From the IMG/VR virus record IMGVR_UViG_3300028048_002144: a DNA stretch of 64,000 nt; one strand, written 5' to 3'. The stretch is from a virus. Taxonomy: Duplodnaviria > Caudoviricetes. The notes beneath the pieces were generated by a model. The model had not been told where the DNA came from and did not search any database. It worked only from the letters and a program-made list of their open reading frames with translations. Made by a program: the position numbers and the translations under genes. This document shows, one piece after another, positions 27,614-38,200 of this stretch (position 1 is the first letter of the stretch; the number at the start of each line of letters is the position of its first letter).

Positions 27614-28221
27614 TACATAAACACTCTATAAGAATAACTGCCGAACTCGTTTTACTAACTTCGCTCTATTCTTAATAGCACCACTATATTCGATCACATG
27701 GAAGATACATGCGAACCTAAATTGTACGGGTTTAGGCTATGTACCCTGGCAAGCCATGAAAGGACTGATACCTTTAACTTTCACCACCATTCGCATTAAA
27801 ATAACAGATCCTTATAAATCTTCTGTTTTTAAGATTTTAATGCAAGCATTAGGCTACTCGTACAGACTTCTATTCTTATTGGTAAGAATTTCTTCTTACA
27901 TCTATGCTTTACCTACTTATTTGATTATTCCAACTGCAGTATCCCTTGTTATCACACGCAGGGCTTACAGGGTTCCCTACCTATTTCTAGTGGGCTTATT
28001 ATCGCAGGTGATAGTTTGTCTTATCTTTAGCTTCGTCTATCAAGATATGCCATAACCAACGTTTGAGAGGTTCCTCTCTTTTATCTCTATTATTACTAAT
28101 AAAGAAGTGGGCTCTCACATACACTATCGCATATGCTTATCCTTTGATTGCATTATGCCCTAGCAGAGTTGGCGACTCTTCTGCACTAGGATGGCAATTA
28201 TTCTTATAGAATGTTTATGTA
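27614..28221 (-). ncRNA. Large structured ncRNA, ROOL-like (~608 nt)
   Basis: 29-bp terminal helix whose two mismatches are both G.U on the minus strand; many internal stems; no credible ORF; inside a tRNA array; family assigned from size and context only. Confidence 0.7.
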
Positions 28222-28256
28222 TTTTTCAATGTGCATATTAAGCTATTAAAAGCTTA

Positions 28257-28336
28257 GGGGCACCTAGAGAGTCGAACTCTAACCGGTGTTTTGTCTTTCA
28301 GGACCGCTGATGTGCTACCGTTACACTAAAATGCCC
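28257..28336 (-). ncRNA. Atypical tRNA-like RNA (possible 8/4 fold) with no canonical anticodon loop
   Basis: GGGCATTT/AGGTGCCC, TA, GTGT-AACGGTA-GCAC, AGAG-TTCGACT-CTCT; central part resembles 25371-25455. Confidence 0.65.
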
Positions 28337-28463
28337 ATACTCAATGTTCTATTTAATGTGGGAACAAAGAAGCCACAGGGTAAAAGAAATGAATGAATTA
28401 ACAATCCAAGAAATCTTTGATATGAAGTCTTGAAATGATGCTGCCGACAATAACGACAGCAAG

Positions 28464-28537
28464 TGGACCATGTTGGACTCGAACCAACGACAGCTCGCTT
28501 ATGAGGCGAGTGGTCTAACCAACTGACCTAATGGTCC
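28464..28537 (-). tRNA. tRNA(CAT), probably Ile2 (lysidine type)
   Basis: GGACCAT/ATGGTCC acceptor as in Firmicute tRNA-Ile2; CTCGC-CTCATAA-GCGAG. Confidence 0.85.
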
Positions 28538-28665
28538 ATGCGAGAGACCAAAAATAAACAAGAGAAAGGAGACTGGTCTCTCTAAAACTATGAAAAAAAT
28601 ATTGATTTATTAAAGCAGAAAGCCCTATGCTCATATAAAACTTACGATAAGACCTTCTGCCTTAA

Positions 28666-28747
28666 TGACCCTGATGGGACTCGAACCCACATGAGCTACG
28701 CTCGCATGATTAAAAGTCATGTGCCATACCAATTAGGCGACAGAGTC
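28666..28747 (-). tRNA. tRNA with TTT (Lys) anticodon and long variable arm
   Basis: GACTCTG/CAGGGTC, A73, CATGA-CTTTTAA-TCATG, V-arm GAGC-GTA-GCTC. Confidence 0.88.
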
Positions 28748-28831
28748 ATAGTGCAGATATTCTCTGCACTAAAAACGTATTTTGAAAGGAGTATATGCAA
28801 CAGATGATTTTACTTTATCTATCTTGTTGAC

Positions 28832-28852
28832 ATATTTAATATGACAGATATA
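28832..28852 (-). promoter_or_regulatory. TCTGTCATATT promoter-like motif heading the tRNA/ncRNA array (member of a ~27-copy family)
   Basis: Same motif lies upstream of most transcription units in the window, in gene orientation. Confidence 0.65.
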
Positions 28853-28883
28853 CTCCCTTTTCTTCATTTTTGTTATGATTTTT

Positions 28884-29234
28884 TTAAAAGAAATTAAAAA
28901 TTAAATATATAAGACCAATGGACGCAGTAATTACGCCTGCTAGTTTAAGTAATTCCTTTGATATTCTGAATAAATCTTCAAAAAAGCATCGAGTAACGCT
29001 TTTCTTATATTTATATATACCCGTATATTTATGATCCTTTACAAAACTAGGTTCATAGAAGTAAAAATATCGTCTATTTCTTACTCTGGTAAGCCTAGGA
29101 TTACTAGAAAATGGATATTGTGTTCCGAGTTTTAATTCGCCCAGATCTTTATCTTCTCTTATCCATTCAATTTTGTTTTTGCCTTCTACAAATTCTATTG
29201 GCCTTATGTTCTCTATATTTGCTTCGTATCTCAT
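28884..29234 (-). CDS. Hypothetical protein with C-terminal TM
   Basis: 116-aa ORF with RBS and promoter motif. Confidence 0.6.
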   Translation of the reverse strand: MRYEANIENIRPIEFVEGKNKIEWIREDKDLGELKLGTQYPFSSNPRLTRVRNRRYFYFYEPSFVKDHKYTGIYKYKKSVTRCFFEDLFRISKELLKLAGVITASIGLIYLIFNFF

Positions 29235-29335
29235 AAATACTCCATATTCTTTTTATTTTTCTGGCTATCTTTAATATGAAAGATGCATAAAAGTACAAAA
29301 AATACCTCCAACACAAAGTTGAAGGTATTTTACAA

Positions 29336-30451
29336 TTACTTAAAGATAATGATAACATCATCTCCCATATCAATATGATCAATATACTCGTTGTTCTTAT
29401 TCTTCAGGATCTGGAGCGTAGCGACTACTTCTTTCTTGTTGACAGAAACAAAGTCAAACTGAGCATCCTTTGAATCTGGGATAGTTGCAGGCTGTACAGA
29501 AGATTCATCATTGCTTTCTTCGTTATTTTCTATTTCTGGTTCAGAAGTTTTCATATCTTCTTCTGTATTAATAGAAAATGCATCAAACAAGTCTTCCATA
29601 TCAGCAGCAGCTTTAATCGTATTATCCTTCTGATCTGGTTCAGATGGTGTTGAAACTGGCTCTGGAATTACAGGTGTTTCTTCTGGTGCTTTTTCCTCTG
29701 TAATCTTTTCATCCTTTTTCTTTGAACTAAAATCCTTAAATCTTTTAAGTGTTTCAGCCTTTAGATCAGCGTGGCTTTCCTGGTAATTAAGTTCATTAAT
29801 TAGTACACAAAGCATACTTGCATCGCCTAGCGCAGAATGAGGTTCATGAATTGTTAATCCTAAACTATCTGCGGCTAGCTGCTGATTAATCTTCTTATTA
29901 GATCCAAAGAATTTCTCGCTAATAGCCTGGGCATCAATGACACAAATATCATCAATAATAGAAATATCTGTATTTTCATTTACGCCCTGCTTAATCAATG
30001 TCTGAGAAATAAGTCTTACATCAAAATTGGAATTGTAAATATATACTTTCTTATTTCTAAGGATTGATAAGATTTCGCCCCAGCAGTTCCTAAACTTAGG
30101 AGAGATTTCTAACATCCAATCCGGCAGCTTGTTCTTTGCTGTTGCAAAGGTATTACTTTCACAATCTGGTTTAAATGTTTCATGGTACAACTTCTCTCCA
30201 TTTACACCAGTAATACCAATTTCGATAACTTCATCAGTATTAGTCAGGCCTGTAGTTTCTGTGTCCAGGAAGACAACATTATCCGAAAGATCACCTTTGT
30301 TTTTTACAACAAAGAGTTCTTCTTTTACTACTCTTTCGTAAAATGCTTTGTATTTGTCCTGGTTCTCCTGATCTTTAAATTTATAGCCAGAAGGTGTTAA
30401 TTCTCCACCTAAATGAATGGCCATTTTATTTAAAGTATTCATATCAATCAT
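29336..30451 (-). CDS. DEDDh 3'-5' exonuclease (DnaQ/epsilon-like) with acidic tail
   Basis: FLDTETTG, YNSNFD, HSALGD motifs. Confidence 0.88.
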   Translation of the reverse strand: MIDMNTLNKMAIHLGGELTPSGYKFKDQENQDKYKAFYERVVKEELFVVKNKGDLSDNVVFLDTETTGLTNTDEVIEIGITGVNGEKLYHETFKPDCESNTFATAKNKLPDWMLEISPKFRNCWGEILSILRNKKVYIYNSNFDVRLISQTLIKQGVNENTDISIIDDICVIDAQAISEKFFGSNKKINQQLAADSLGLTIHEPHSALGDASMLCVLINELNYQESHADLKAETLKRFKDFSSKKKDEKITEEKAPEETPVIPEPVSTPSEPDQKDNTIKAAADMEDLFDAFSINTEEDMKTSEPEIENNEESNDESSVQPATIPDSKDAQFDFVSVNKKEVVATLQILKNKNNEYIDHIDMGDDVIIIFK

Positions 30452-30526
30452 TATACTTTCTCCTTTCTTATCTATAAAAGTCTATCTTTAATATGAATTA
30501 TTTTTATAGCAAAAAAACCCTGGAGT

Positions 30527-31084
30527 TTAATCCAGGGCTTTACTCTTCAATTCTGCTAACAGTAAAATTTCTTTTGCGGTCTTATCTACATCATTCAAAC
30601 GAAGATTATTACAATCTATAATAATATCTTTTTTTAGAGGTATAGAGAAATCTTTTTTATCTGCGATAAGTCTACGTTCTATTTCCTCTGTAGAGTCTCC
30701 TCTTAATTCAGCTCTCTTTTTGATGTTTTCATCAGAAAGATCTAAATACACTCCAATAAAGTCTTTATTCAGTTCTTCCAGCTTCTTAACTCCATACGGG
30801 TTTAATACAATAACTGTATTATCTACAATTGAGTTCTTAGCACTTCCATACTGGCAGTATCCGAAAGCTGCATTATATTCCGCTGTTTCAATAAAGAACC
30901 CTTCGTTTTTCTTCTGGTTGAATTCATCATTATTTATAAAATGATAGTCAATACCATCTACTTCATTTGAACGTATAGGTCTAGTTGTGTAAGTAACCAC
31001 TCTTTTTAGTCCTAACTTCTCTAGTTCCTTTGCAATAGTAGTTTTTCCGCTATTAGTTTTACCAAAAATAACTAATGGTTTCAT
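30527..31084 (-). CDS. gmk: Guanylate kinase-like protein
   Basis: GKTNSGKT, YTTRPIRSNEVDGIDYHF, YG motifs. Confidence 0.85.
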   Translation of the reverse strand: MKPLVIFGKTNSGKTTIAKELEKLGLKRVVTYTTRPIRSNEVDGIDYHFINNDEFNQKKNEGFFIETAEYNAAFGYCQYGSAKNSIVDNTVIVLNPYGVKKLEELNKDFIGVYLDLSDENIKKRAELRGDSTEEIERRLIADKKDFSIPLKKDIIIDCNNLRLNDVDKTAKEILLLAELKSKALD

Positions 31085-31143
31085 TAAGTGCTCCTTTCTG
31101 CTTTTAAATTCTATTTAGAATATGACTTATAATTTTGGTATTT

Positions 31144-31956
31144 AGACATATGGGTGCAATATATGTTCCCATTTGTCTCAAGTTTTAATAAAAATCTTAA
31201 TTACAGACATTTGGGTAGTGAATTATAGACATATGGGTACTATTTTCACGTTAACCTTATAATAAAAGCCTTAAATAGTACCTATTTGTCTCTATTTATA
31301 AAACGCCAGTTGTTGTTTTGTATTTTTATATACAACAATTAGTTATTTATTTAGGAGAATTAAAAAGCCTTTATTTTCAAGGGATTCTAGCATTTATTAA
31401 AGACATTTAGGTATTTAATTTAAGACAAATACGTATTATATGATTGACAATCAAGGCATAAAATCGAGACATCTGGGCATTCTAAATTACTGACAAATAG
31501 GGGCTTTAATTGAGACATATAGAGCTTAATTAAAGACATATAGGGTGTGTTTTATTTCTACTAAAGACAAAATGGTATTCTTTTATAAAATAAGGACAAA
31601 TAGGTAGTTATTTATAGGTTTAATTGGTTTTTCTATGGATTGTTATTACTTTTATTAGATTATATATGCACCCATTTGTCTCAAGTTTTATTGGTTATAG
31701 AAAATAAAGACATTTGGGTACTATAATCTGAGACATTTAGGGAGTCATATTTTTAATTTGAGACATCTGGGTACTGCTTTTTATCTTTACGTATAAATTC
31801 AAATTAAGACATCTGGGTGCTTCGGCTAATTGCACATACACCCATTTGTCTTAAATTAATTAAATAGAGACATTTGGGTGTTATAATTTAAGACATTTGG
31901 GTACCAGAAAAATTGAAATTAAGACATTTGAGTACAGACGAGCACCTTTTTGTCTT
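31144..31956. repeat. Iteron array / replication origin
   Basis: ~23 copies of AGACA(T/A)(T/A/C)TGGGT-like units in both orientations directly upstream of rep, with AT-rich gaps. Confidence 0.88.
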
Positions 31957-32040
31957 TTCTTTTTTAGCATTTTTGTCTATTTCTTTTATATCATTTTTCA
32001 TTTACTCTATATTAGTAGATTTGTATATTAGGTAGGTATT

Positions 32041-33267
32041 ATGGATAAGAAAAATATTAAACCTTTTAAGCAGGAAAATTTATTAAAGTCAAATTTCTTC
32101 ATTGGCATGAAGTATAAATCAAAGCCTTTGGAAGATAAAATCGTCTTTTTAAGTATGCTTGCAATTCAGAAAAATGAATTTGAAGAAAAAGAAGATGGTC
32201 TTTATGTGAAGTTACGTGCTTCTGAGATTAAGAAATCACTTAATATTAAAAGTGGCCATTTTTACACTAACTTAAAAAGTGCAGCAGCTGCTCTTACTGC
32301 GACTAATTATGGTTACGTAGATGATAACTCTGAGCAATTCGTTTTTATTACTATTATCAATAAAGCAGAATACAAGGACGGGGAATTAATTCTTAGATTC
32401 CCGAAAGAGCTTAAAAATGAATTAGTTGGAGTTAGAAGAAAATTTACTAGTTTGCCTAAAGAGTCAGTTATGTCTCTTAATAAATCTTATACATATCCTT
32501 TATACCAATTGCTTAAAAGCCAGTGCTATTATCCAGCTACATATAACGGCCCTAAAGAAAACGTTTTCGCTGTAGAAATCGGTTTGTCAGAGCTTAAGTT
32601 AGATATGGGTGTCGTTAATTCTAACCTAAAATCTGTTCGAGACGTTTTATCCTTTAGTAAAGGTAGTCCTACTGATTATGATAAAGCAGTAGACAAGTCT
32701 CCAGAACAGTTATATAGGCGCTGGGGAGATTTTAATAAAAGATGTCTTAAACCGGCTATAGAAGAAATTAATGAAAAGACTGATATTTATGTAGAATATA
32801 CTAAAATTACTAGCGGTTATGGTGGTAAAGTTAAAGGTGTTGATTTTACTGTTTGGCTTAATGGAGCAGAAAAACAATACATAGATAATAAAAAACGTGT
32901 TGTTTTAGATGAAGATGAAACTATTCAGATCAAGATGGATGATAGCGATAAGTTTATGTTCCATGTTAATGTTATGAATTTGTTTGCTGATTATGCAAAG
33001 TTACCTTATGAGGATATTGTTTCTATCTCAGAAGAAGCAGAATATAATATGGAGAAAATTAACCAGGCTAAAAAGGCTTTACAAGCTAGTAATTCTGTTA
33101 TTGATAATATAACTGGTTGGATTATAACTGCGATCCGTGATAGTTACACAGCTAATAAGGTTAAACAAAATAAAACCACTTTCAATAGTTTTTCTGAAAG
33201 AGAAGATATGTCTGAAAAAGATATTTTAGAATTGAACGGAAATATATTCGAAAATAATAAAGAATAA
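32041..33267 (+). CDS. Plasmid replication initiator (Rep_3/RepB family)
   Basis: KSN..YK, FTSL..SYTYPLYQLLKS, Y..WGDFNKRCLKPAIEEINEKTD..V.Y..GGKV..V.F. Confidence 0.9.
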   Translation: MDKKNIKPFKQENLLKSNFFIGMKYKSKPLEDKIVFLSMLAIQKNEFEEKEDGLYVKLRASEIKKSLNIKSGHFYTNLKSAAAALTATNYGYVDDNSEQFVFITIINKAEYKDGELILRFPKELKNELVGVRRKFTSLPKESVMSLNKSYTYPLYQLLKSQCYYPATYNGPKENVFAVEIGLSELKLDMGVVNSNLKSVRDVLSFSKGSPTDYDKAVDKSPEQLYRRWGDFNKRCLKPAIEEINEKTDIYVEYTKITSGYGGKVKGVDFTVWLNGAEKQYIDNKKRVVLDEDETIQIKMDDSDKFMFHVNVMNLFADYAKLPYEDIVSISEEAEYNMEKINQAKKALQASNSVIDNITGWIITAIRDSYTANKVKQNKTTFNSFSEREDMSEKDILELNGNIFENNKE

Positions 33268-33270
33268 AAT

Positions 33271-33305
33271 AATATCTCCCCATTATTATGATGGGGAGAT
33301 ATTTT
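33271..33305. terminator. Bidirectional terminator after rep
   Basis: AATATCTCCCCAT/ATGGGGAGATATT stem between convergent genes. Confidence 0.75.
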
Positions 33306-33326
33306 ATGTTTACATATATTCTTTAC

Positions 33327-34088
33327 TTACGATAATCTTGCAAAATCAAACTCGTCTATAAAGTCTAATTTCTTTCTATCCTCTTCTCTTGCGTTTATTA
33401 GGTTCGTAAAGGTTCCTGCTTGTTCCAGGCTAATATTTATAGGGCTATTACGCTCAAAGCCTTCTATGGCCGAAATAACGCCATACAGGTCCTTATCTAC
33501 TATTTTATAGTTATTAGGACCAAGTATTTCGTTTAATTTTTCTTTAATCGATGAATCCAGGATAGTATTTTTATCTGGCTTATAAATAATATGCTTTATG
33601 CAATTACTATCTATTTCTGCCAGATCCATAATTTCCTTTAATGCTGGGTTCATATATTTACAGTTAGAAAAACCATGATCCACCGATAAACACTTATCGT
33701 TATATGAACTCTTAATCACGAATTTAGGTACATCATAAGTTACCTTTCCGATTCCATCTAAAAAGTATATAGGATAAATACCCTTTTTGCCTATAATGAT
33801 TAAACTATAGAATTTTGCAGTATTAAAAGACCTAAATGGCGTAACGGTGCAAAGATACCCATAGGTATTTTTCTGCATCCATAATTTACTTTCATTCAAG
33901 AAAGTGTCGATCATATCATATGTATTATCGTATACTCTCTCGTACATTTTATCGCCTAATTCTTTAGCTCTCTTTTTTCCGTCTTTTAATAGTATAGGAG
34001 AAGCAACCACTCCTCCTAATACTAAAAAGATTACCACAAACAAAAAGATTTTTAATATTAGTAATAGTATCTCTAACATAATTATCAC
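33327..34088 (-). CDS. Membrane protein, degenerate NERD-like
   Basis: N-terminal TM; LIIIGKKGIY..GKV echoes the neighbouring NERD gene but lacks the acidic residues. Confidence 0.55.
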   Translation of the reverse strand: MIIMLEILLLILKIFLFVVIFLVLGGVVASPILLKDGKKRAKELGDKMYERVYDNTYDMIDTFLNESKLWMQKNTYGYLCTVTPFRSFNTAKFYSLIIIGKKGIYPIYFLDGIGKVTYDVPKFVIKSSYNDKCLSVDHGFSNCKYMNPALKEIMDLAEIDSNCIKHIIYKPDKNTILDSSIKEKLNEILGPNNYKIVDKDLYGVISAIEGFERNSPINISLEQAGTFTNLINAREEDRKKLDFIDEFDFARLS

Positions 34089-34094
34089 CTAGTA

Positions 34095-35027
34095 TTATCT
34101 TAGTTCTTCGCTTCTATCTGATGCGAACTTAATCTGATCTTTTTTCTCTTCTTCAGTTACATTCATCTTCTCTCTAAAGAAGGCTTCTAGCTTATCAACC
34201 TCAGTATCGGTTAATGGACTGGCCTGGATATTTCTTTCCTCTTCTCTAATAGTACCAAGCACTTTATCTTTTAATGTTTCATACTTAGACATCTTTTCCT
34301 TTGTATCGTCAATAACAATTGGTACATTCTTAGTGTTTTCTCGCATATCTCTAAGTTCTGTGTATGCTCCATATACTATCATTGAACGGAATTCAACGTT
34401 CATATCATTAAGGTACTGCTTAAGAACATTAATATGAGTTTCATTCTGCTTAATAGGGGAATACTTGAAGGTAGATTTATTACCTCTAGTAATTACTTCC
34501 CAATGCTTATCATCTGTAGCAGTTACCTTACCGTTATAATCTTTTGCTTCAATAACCCAAACAGCCTTGTTGCCAATTACGATATCATCAATCTGAGTGT
34601 ATTTACCATTCTCAGATAAATATATTCCGTGTAAATCAGAGATATTTTCCTCTAATACGTCCGGATTTACAGAATCTCTGTGGAATTCTTCTTTAGCATT
34701 TTTATTAACGCTATAATCATAGCTTGTATCAATATCATTAGTAGCAGCAGTATTATTCTGCATATACATCTGACGGAATTTATCGTTCTCTGCCTTTTCT
34801 CTCATACCAATAAATGCGCCATTGAAAATCTTCTTTCCAATCTTATAAACAATTAATGCCAGGAGCAGGATCCATACGCCAAAAGATACTGCTGGTATAG
34901 GACTATTATCTTTAATAACCTGGATCTGGTATTGTAGATCAAAAAAGTTCTTTCCAGACATTGGTGCATCAAATGGTAATATAAAAGCTCCTAATATTGA
35001 TAATAATATATACCCTATTTTTAACAT
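34095..35027 (-). CDS. Membrane-anchored NERD nuclease-related protein
   Basis: TQIDDIVIG..VWVIEAKDYNG..W..SPIKQN..H. Confidence 0.85.
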   Translation of the reverse strand: MLKIGYILLSILGAFILPFDAPMSGKNFFDLQYQIQVIKDNSPIPAVSFGVWILLLALIVYKIGKKIFNGAFIGMREKAENDKFRQMYMQNNTAATNDIDTSYDYSVNKNAKEEFHRDSVNPDVLEENISDLHGIYLSENGKYTQIDDIVIGNKAVWVIEAKDYNGKVTATDDKHWEVITRGNKSTFKYSPIKQNETHINVLKQYLNDMNVEFRSMIVYGAYTELRDMRENTKNVPIVIDDTKEKMSKYETLKDKVLGTIREEERNIQASPLTDTEVDKLEAFFREKMNVTEEEKKDQIKFASDRSEELR

Positions 35028-35209
35028 TGTTTCATTCTCCTTTTTATTTTGTTTTTGAGTATTTATAAAAAACCTTTTATATTATACTGCAATTTTTATA
35101 TTTATCTATATATAATATGACCTTAACAATACGTTTTTTGTGATTTTTTGAGCAAAAAATATACCCAGGGAATTCCCTGGGTATACTTCTACTCGATTTT
35201 TAAAAACTA

Positions 35210-38200
35210 TTAGAAATAACTAACTGATGAACTTTGATTAACTAATGGTGCTGATTCATCGAATCCATCAATATCAGCGATTGTATCTGGATTTAAGCTA
35301 TAGTATTTTGTACTATCAATTTCAGCCAACTCTTTATCCATACAAAGTCCTAATGTTTTAATTGTAGAATCTTTTCTATTCTCATCTTTAGAGAATGGCT
35401 CTTTATTATTAGGAGCCATATTTTGACGCATAGCTACAGACTCGTTTATATATGTTGATGAACGTATATTAGTTAATGTACTTTGCAAGTTTAGTAAATC
35501 GTTAGGAGTAGCTTTATTTGCTGCCTGAGCATCAATTGCTTCGCCTAATACATCTCTAGCATTATTATCTGGTTTTAATTTTTTGCTTTCAGCGATCTTT
35601 CTACTATTCGCTTCAGCTTCAATCTCTGCTATTGATCTTTTTACAGATAATGTCTTTTTCTTTAGGATATAAATATTTTTACTGTTTCCATCTGCAGTAT
35701 ATTTATAGAATGGCATCATTTCATATCGTACTTTACGTGCTTTAAATGGTGCTATACCTCTCAAGAAGAAGATACACTGATCATTATCCATTGTTCTTAA
35801 TTCATCTGGAGTCATTAATGCTCTCTTAGATGCACTATCTGAATAACTTACTGAACCCTTACCATTTTTAGATATAGAAGTATTACGTTTTATAATAGTT
35901 GTTTCACCTAAATACTTAGATATATATTCGAGCGTTTCTGGATCATTAGAACCTAAGAATAATAATGAATCACAGTTACCTATAATTGTACCGTAGTTAT
36001 CTTTATAGATATTCTTAATCTGTCCAATATTCTGAAGAATAATAGTAGCTGAGATTTCATACTTTCTCATTGTTGCTAGTTTTTGCTCAAAGTATGGGAT
36101 TCGACCTACGTTAGCAAACTCGTCTAACAGGAATCTAACGTGGAATGGCAACCATTTACCAGCTCGTGTAATCTTACAATTTTGCATTGCTAGTATCTTT
36201 GATTTAGCAACTTTTTCTTCACTATATGTTTTAAATAATTCAAAATGTTCATTTAACACATTTTCATCCGTCAGATCGTATTTAGAGGTAATATCTACTT
36301 CTTCCTTTGGTGGCTCCTCTTCAACCTTTTTCTTATTATTCCCTAAATTAGAGATAGCACTTAAAATGCCCTTCTTAGCTTTAAGTTCTTCTTCCTTTTC
36401 ATCATTTTTAACTTCTTTTTCTGGTTCTTCAGGAACAACTTTTGGTACGTAAATCTCGTATTTTGAACCTCTCTGAATCATTACCGCATGTTTTGCTCTC
36501 TTTACAAAGTATTCAGCTTCTTTTTTAGCTTCATCGTTTTCTTCGCCAATACTATCGTCTGGTCTTGTTGCTTCGTCTTCGGCATCATCATTTACTCTAT
36601 CTTCACCAGTAAGAACTTTATATTCTTTCTTACCTTGTACTATGTTATCTTCATCAATGAATATTCCATTATCTTCATCAAGGGTTAATCCGTCATTTTG
36701 CTGTCGTTTTTCATCTTCTTTAATCTTAGTCTCCTTCTTGAAAATGCTTATTATTTTATCAAGAATAGACTTTTTCTTTTCTTTTGTTTCTTCCTCAGCT
36801 TCTGTTTCCTTTTCGCCCTGGCCGATAACTTTACCATTCTTGATTACGAAAGCCTTTGATATTTCATTAGTTTCAACAACTTCTTCTTCAACATGTTTAT
36901 TCTTTATAATCTTTATACGTTCTCCAACACTGTCTTCTATCATATAATTTCCCTGACATAAAGCATTAGCCTGGAAATACAGTGTCTGGAACAGCTGAGT
37001 ATAAAGAATAGCGGCCAAGAAGTTAAATGAATCATGTTCCTGTGGCAAAATTGCAAATAATGCAGTCTTTTCCATTCCGACTTGTTCAAGGTTAATTGTA
37101 TCTTCAGTAAGAAGATCTGCAATCTCTTTTGAATCGAGCGTAGAAAGTCTTGATAATGCAGAAATAAGAATACTCTGTAATGTTTTTCCAGCAGCTGACT
37201 TAAACTTATGATACTGTCGTATAGAAATATCTACACCATAAGGTTCATGGTATTTATAAAGATTAGCTTGTCCTCTTGGAGGTTTCCCTAATTGGAAATT
37301 ACCGTTTTCGTCAAAATACCATCCATCAGACTCAATAGCCTGGAAGTATTTATCAGTTTTATTCATTTCAGTTGTTGAGGAGTCTTCACTAACTTTACAA
37401 TCTTCCATTAACTGAACTACAGACAATAGGTTCTGTTTCAAACCTAATTCTGGTCCATGTAACCATAACAAATAAATAAAGGACTGTATCATCAACTTCT
37501 GTGCTTTTTCCCAGAAGTCATCTCCACCTTTGGCATTTGCATCTTTAGTATTTTCAAGGATAACGTCTGTCAGAATAAGTACATCAGTATCAGTATGAAT
37601 ATATCTCATAGGATTAAACTTATCTGATTTTTCCATCTCATATAAGTTAAAGACTTTAATCTTATATCCCATACTCTCTAGCAAATGTCCGGTATCTTGT
37701 AATAATTCTCCCGATGGATCGGAACAAACAAAAGATGTATTTAGCGGCATTAACGCAAGATTAGGCTTAACAAAGAATCTTGATTTACCTGTACCAGCAC
37801 CACCAATTACAACGACATTATTGTTTCTTCTTGTCTGTCTAGTATCCATTGACATATAAACAGTATCTGAGAAAATCATATCCTTTGTTGGTTTTTCAAG
37901 TGAATATGCTCCAGCAGAATATGTATAATGACTATTCCATACTGTTAGTTTTGGATCTTTTTCAGTATACCAGGCTGCAGTACCATCTTCTGTACCTTTT
38001 TTTGCATGTCCATTCTTCCACATTTCTTGTAAATACGCATATATCATTACCATTGATATTGAACTAAGTATTACAAGCAAATTTGTACCTAGATTAACTG
38101 GCATAGCTGGTAAGGAAAATGGATTGGCTGATATTCCTTCCATTGTTTTACCGAGTATAGTGAACGTAGTATCTATTGGCGAAGCCAATGCTTGATATGC

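Noticed and set aside
27756-28055. 99-aa plus-strand ORF
   Set aside because: Antisense to the large structured RNA, with no RBS or recognisable domain
27614-28221. MITE with 29-bp terminal inverted repeats
   Set aside because: Mismatches are strand-specific G.U pairs, no target-site duplication is evident, and the interior is highly structured
31144-31956. Possible CRISPR array
   Set aside because: Repeats are ~13 bp, degenerate, irregularly spaced, in both orientations and next to rep; no cas genes
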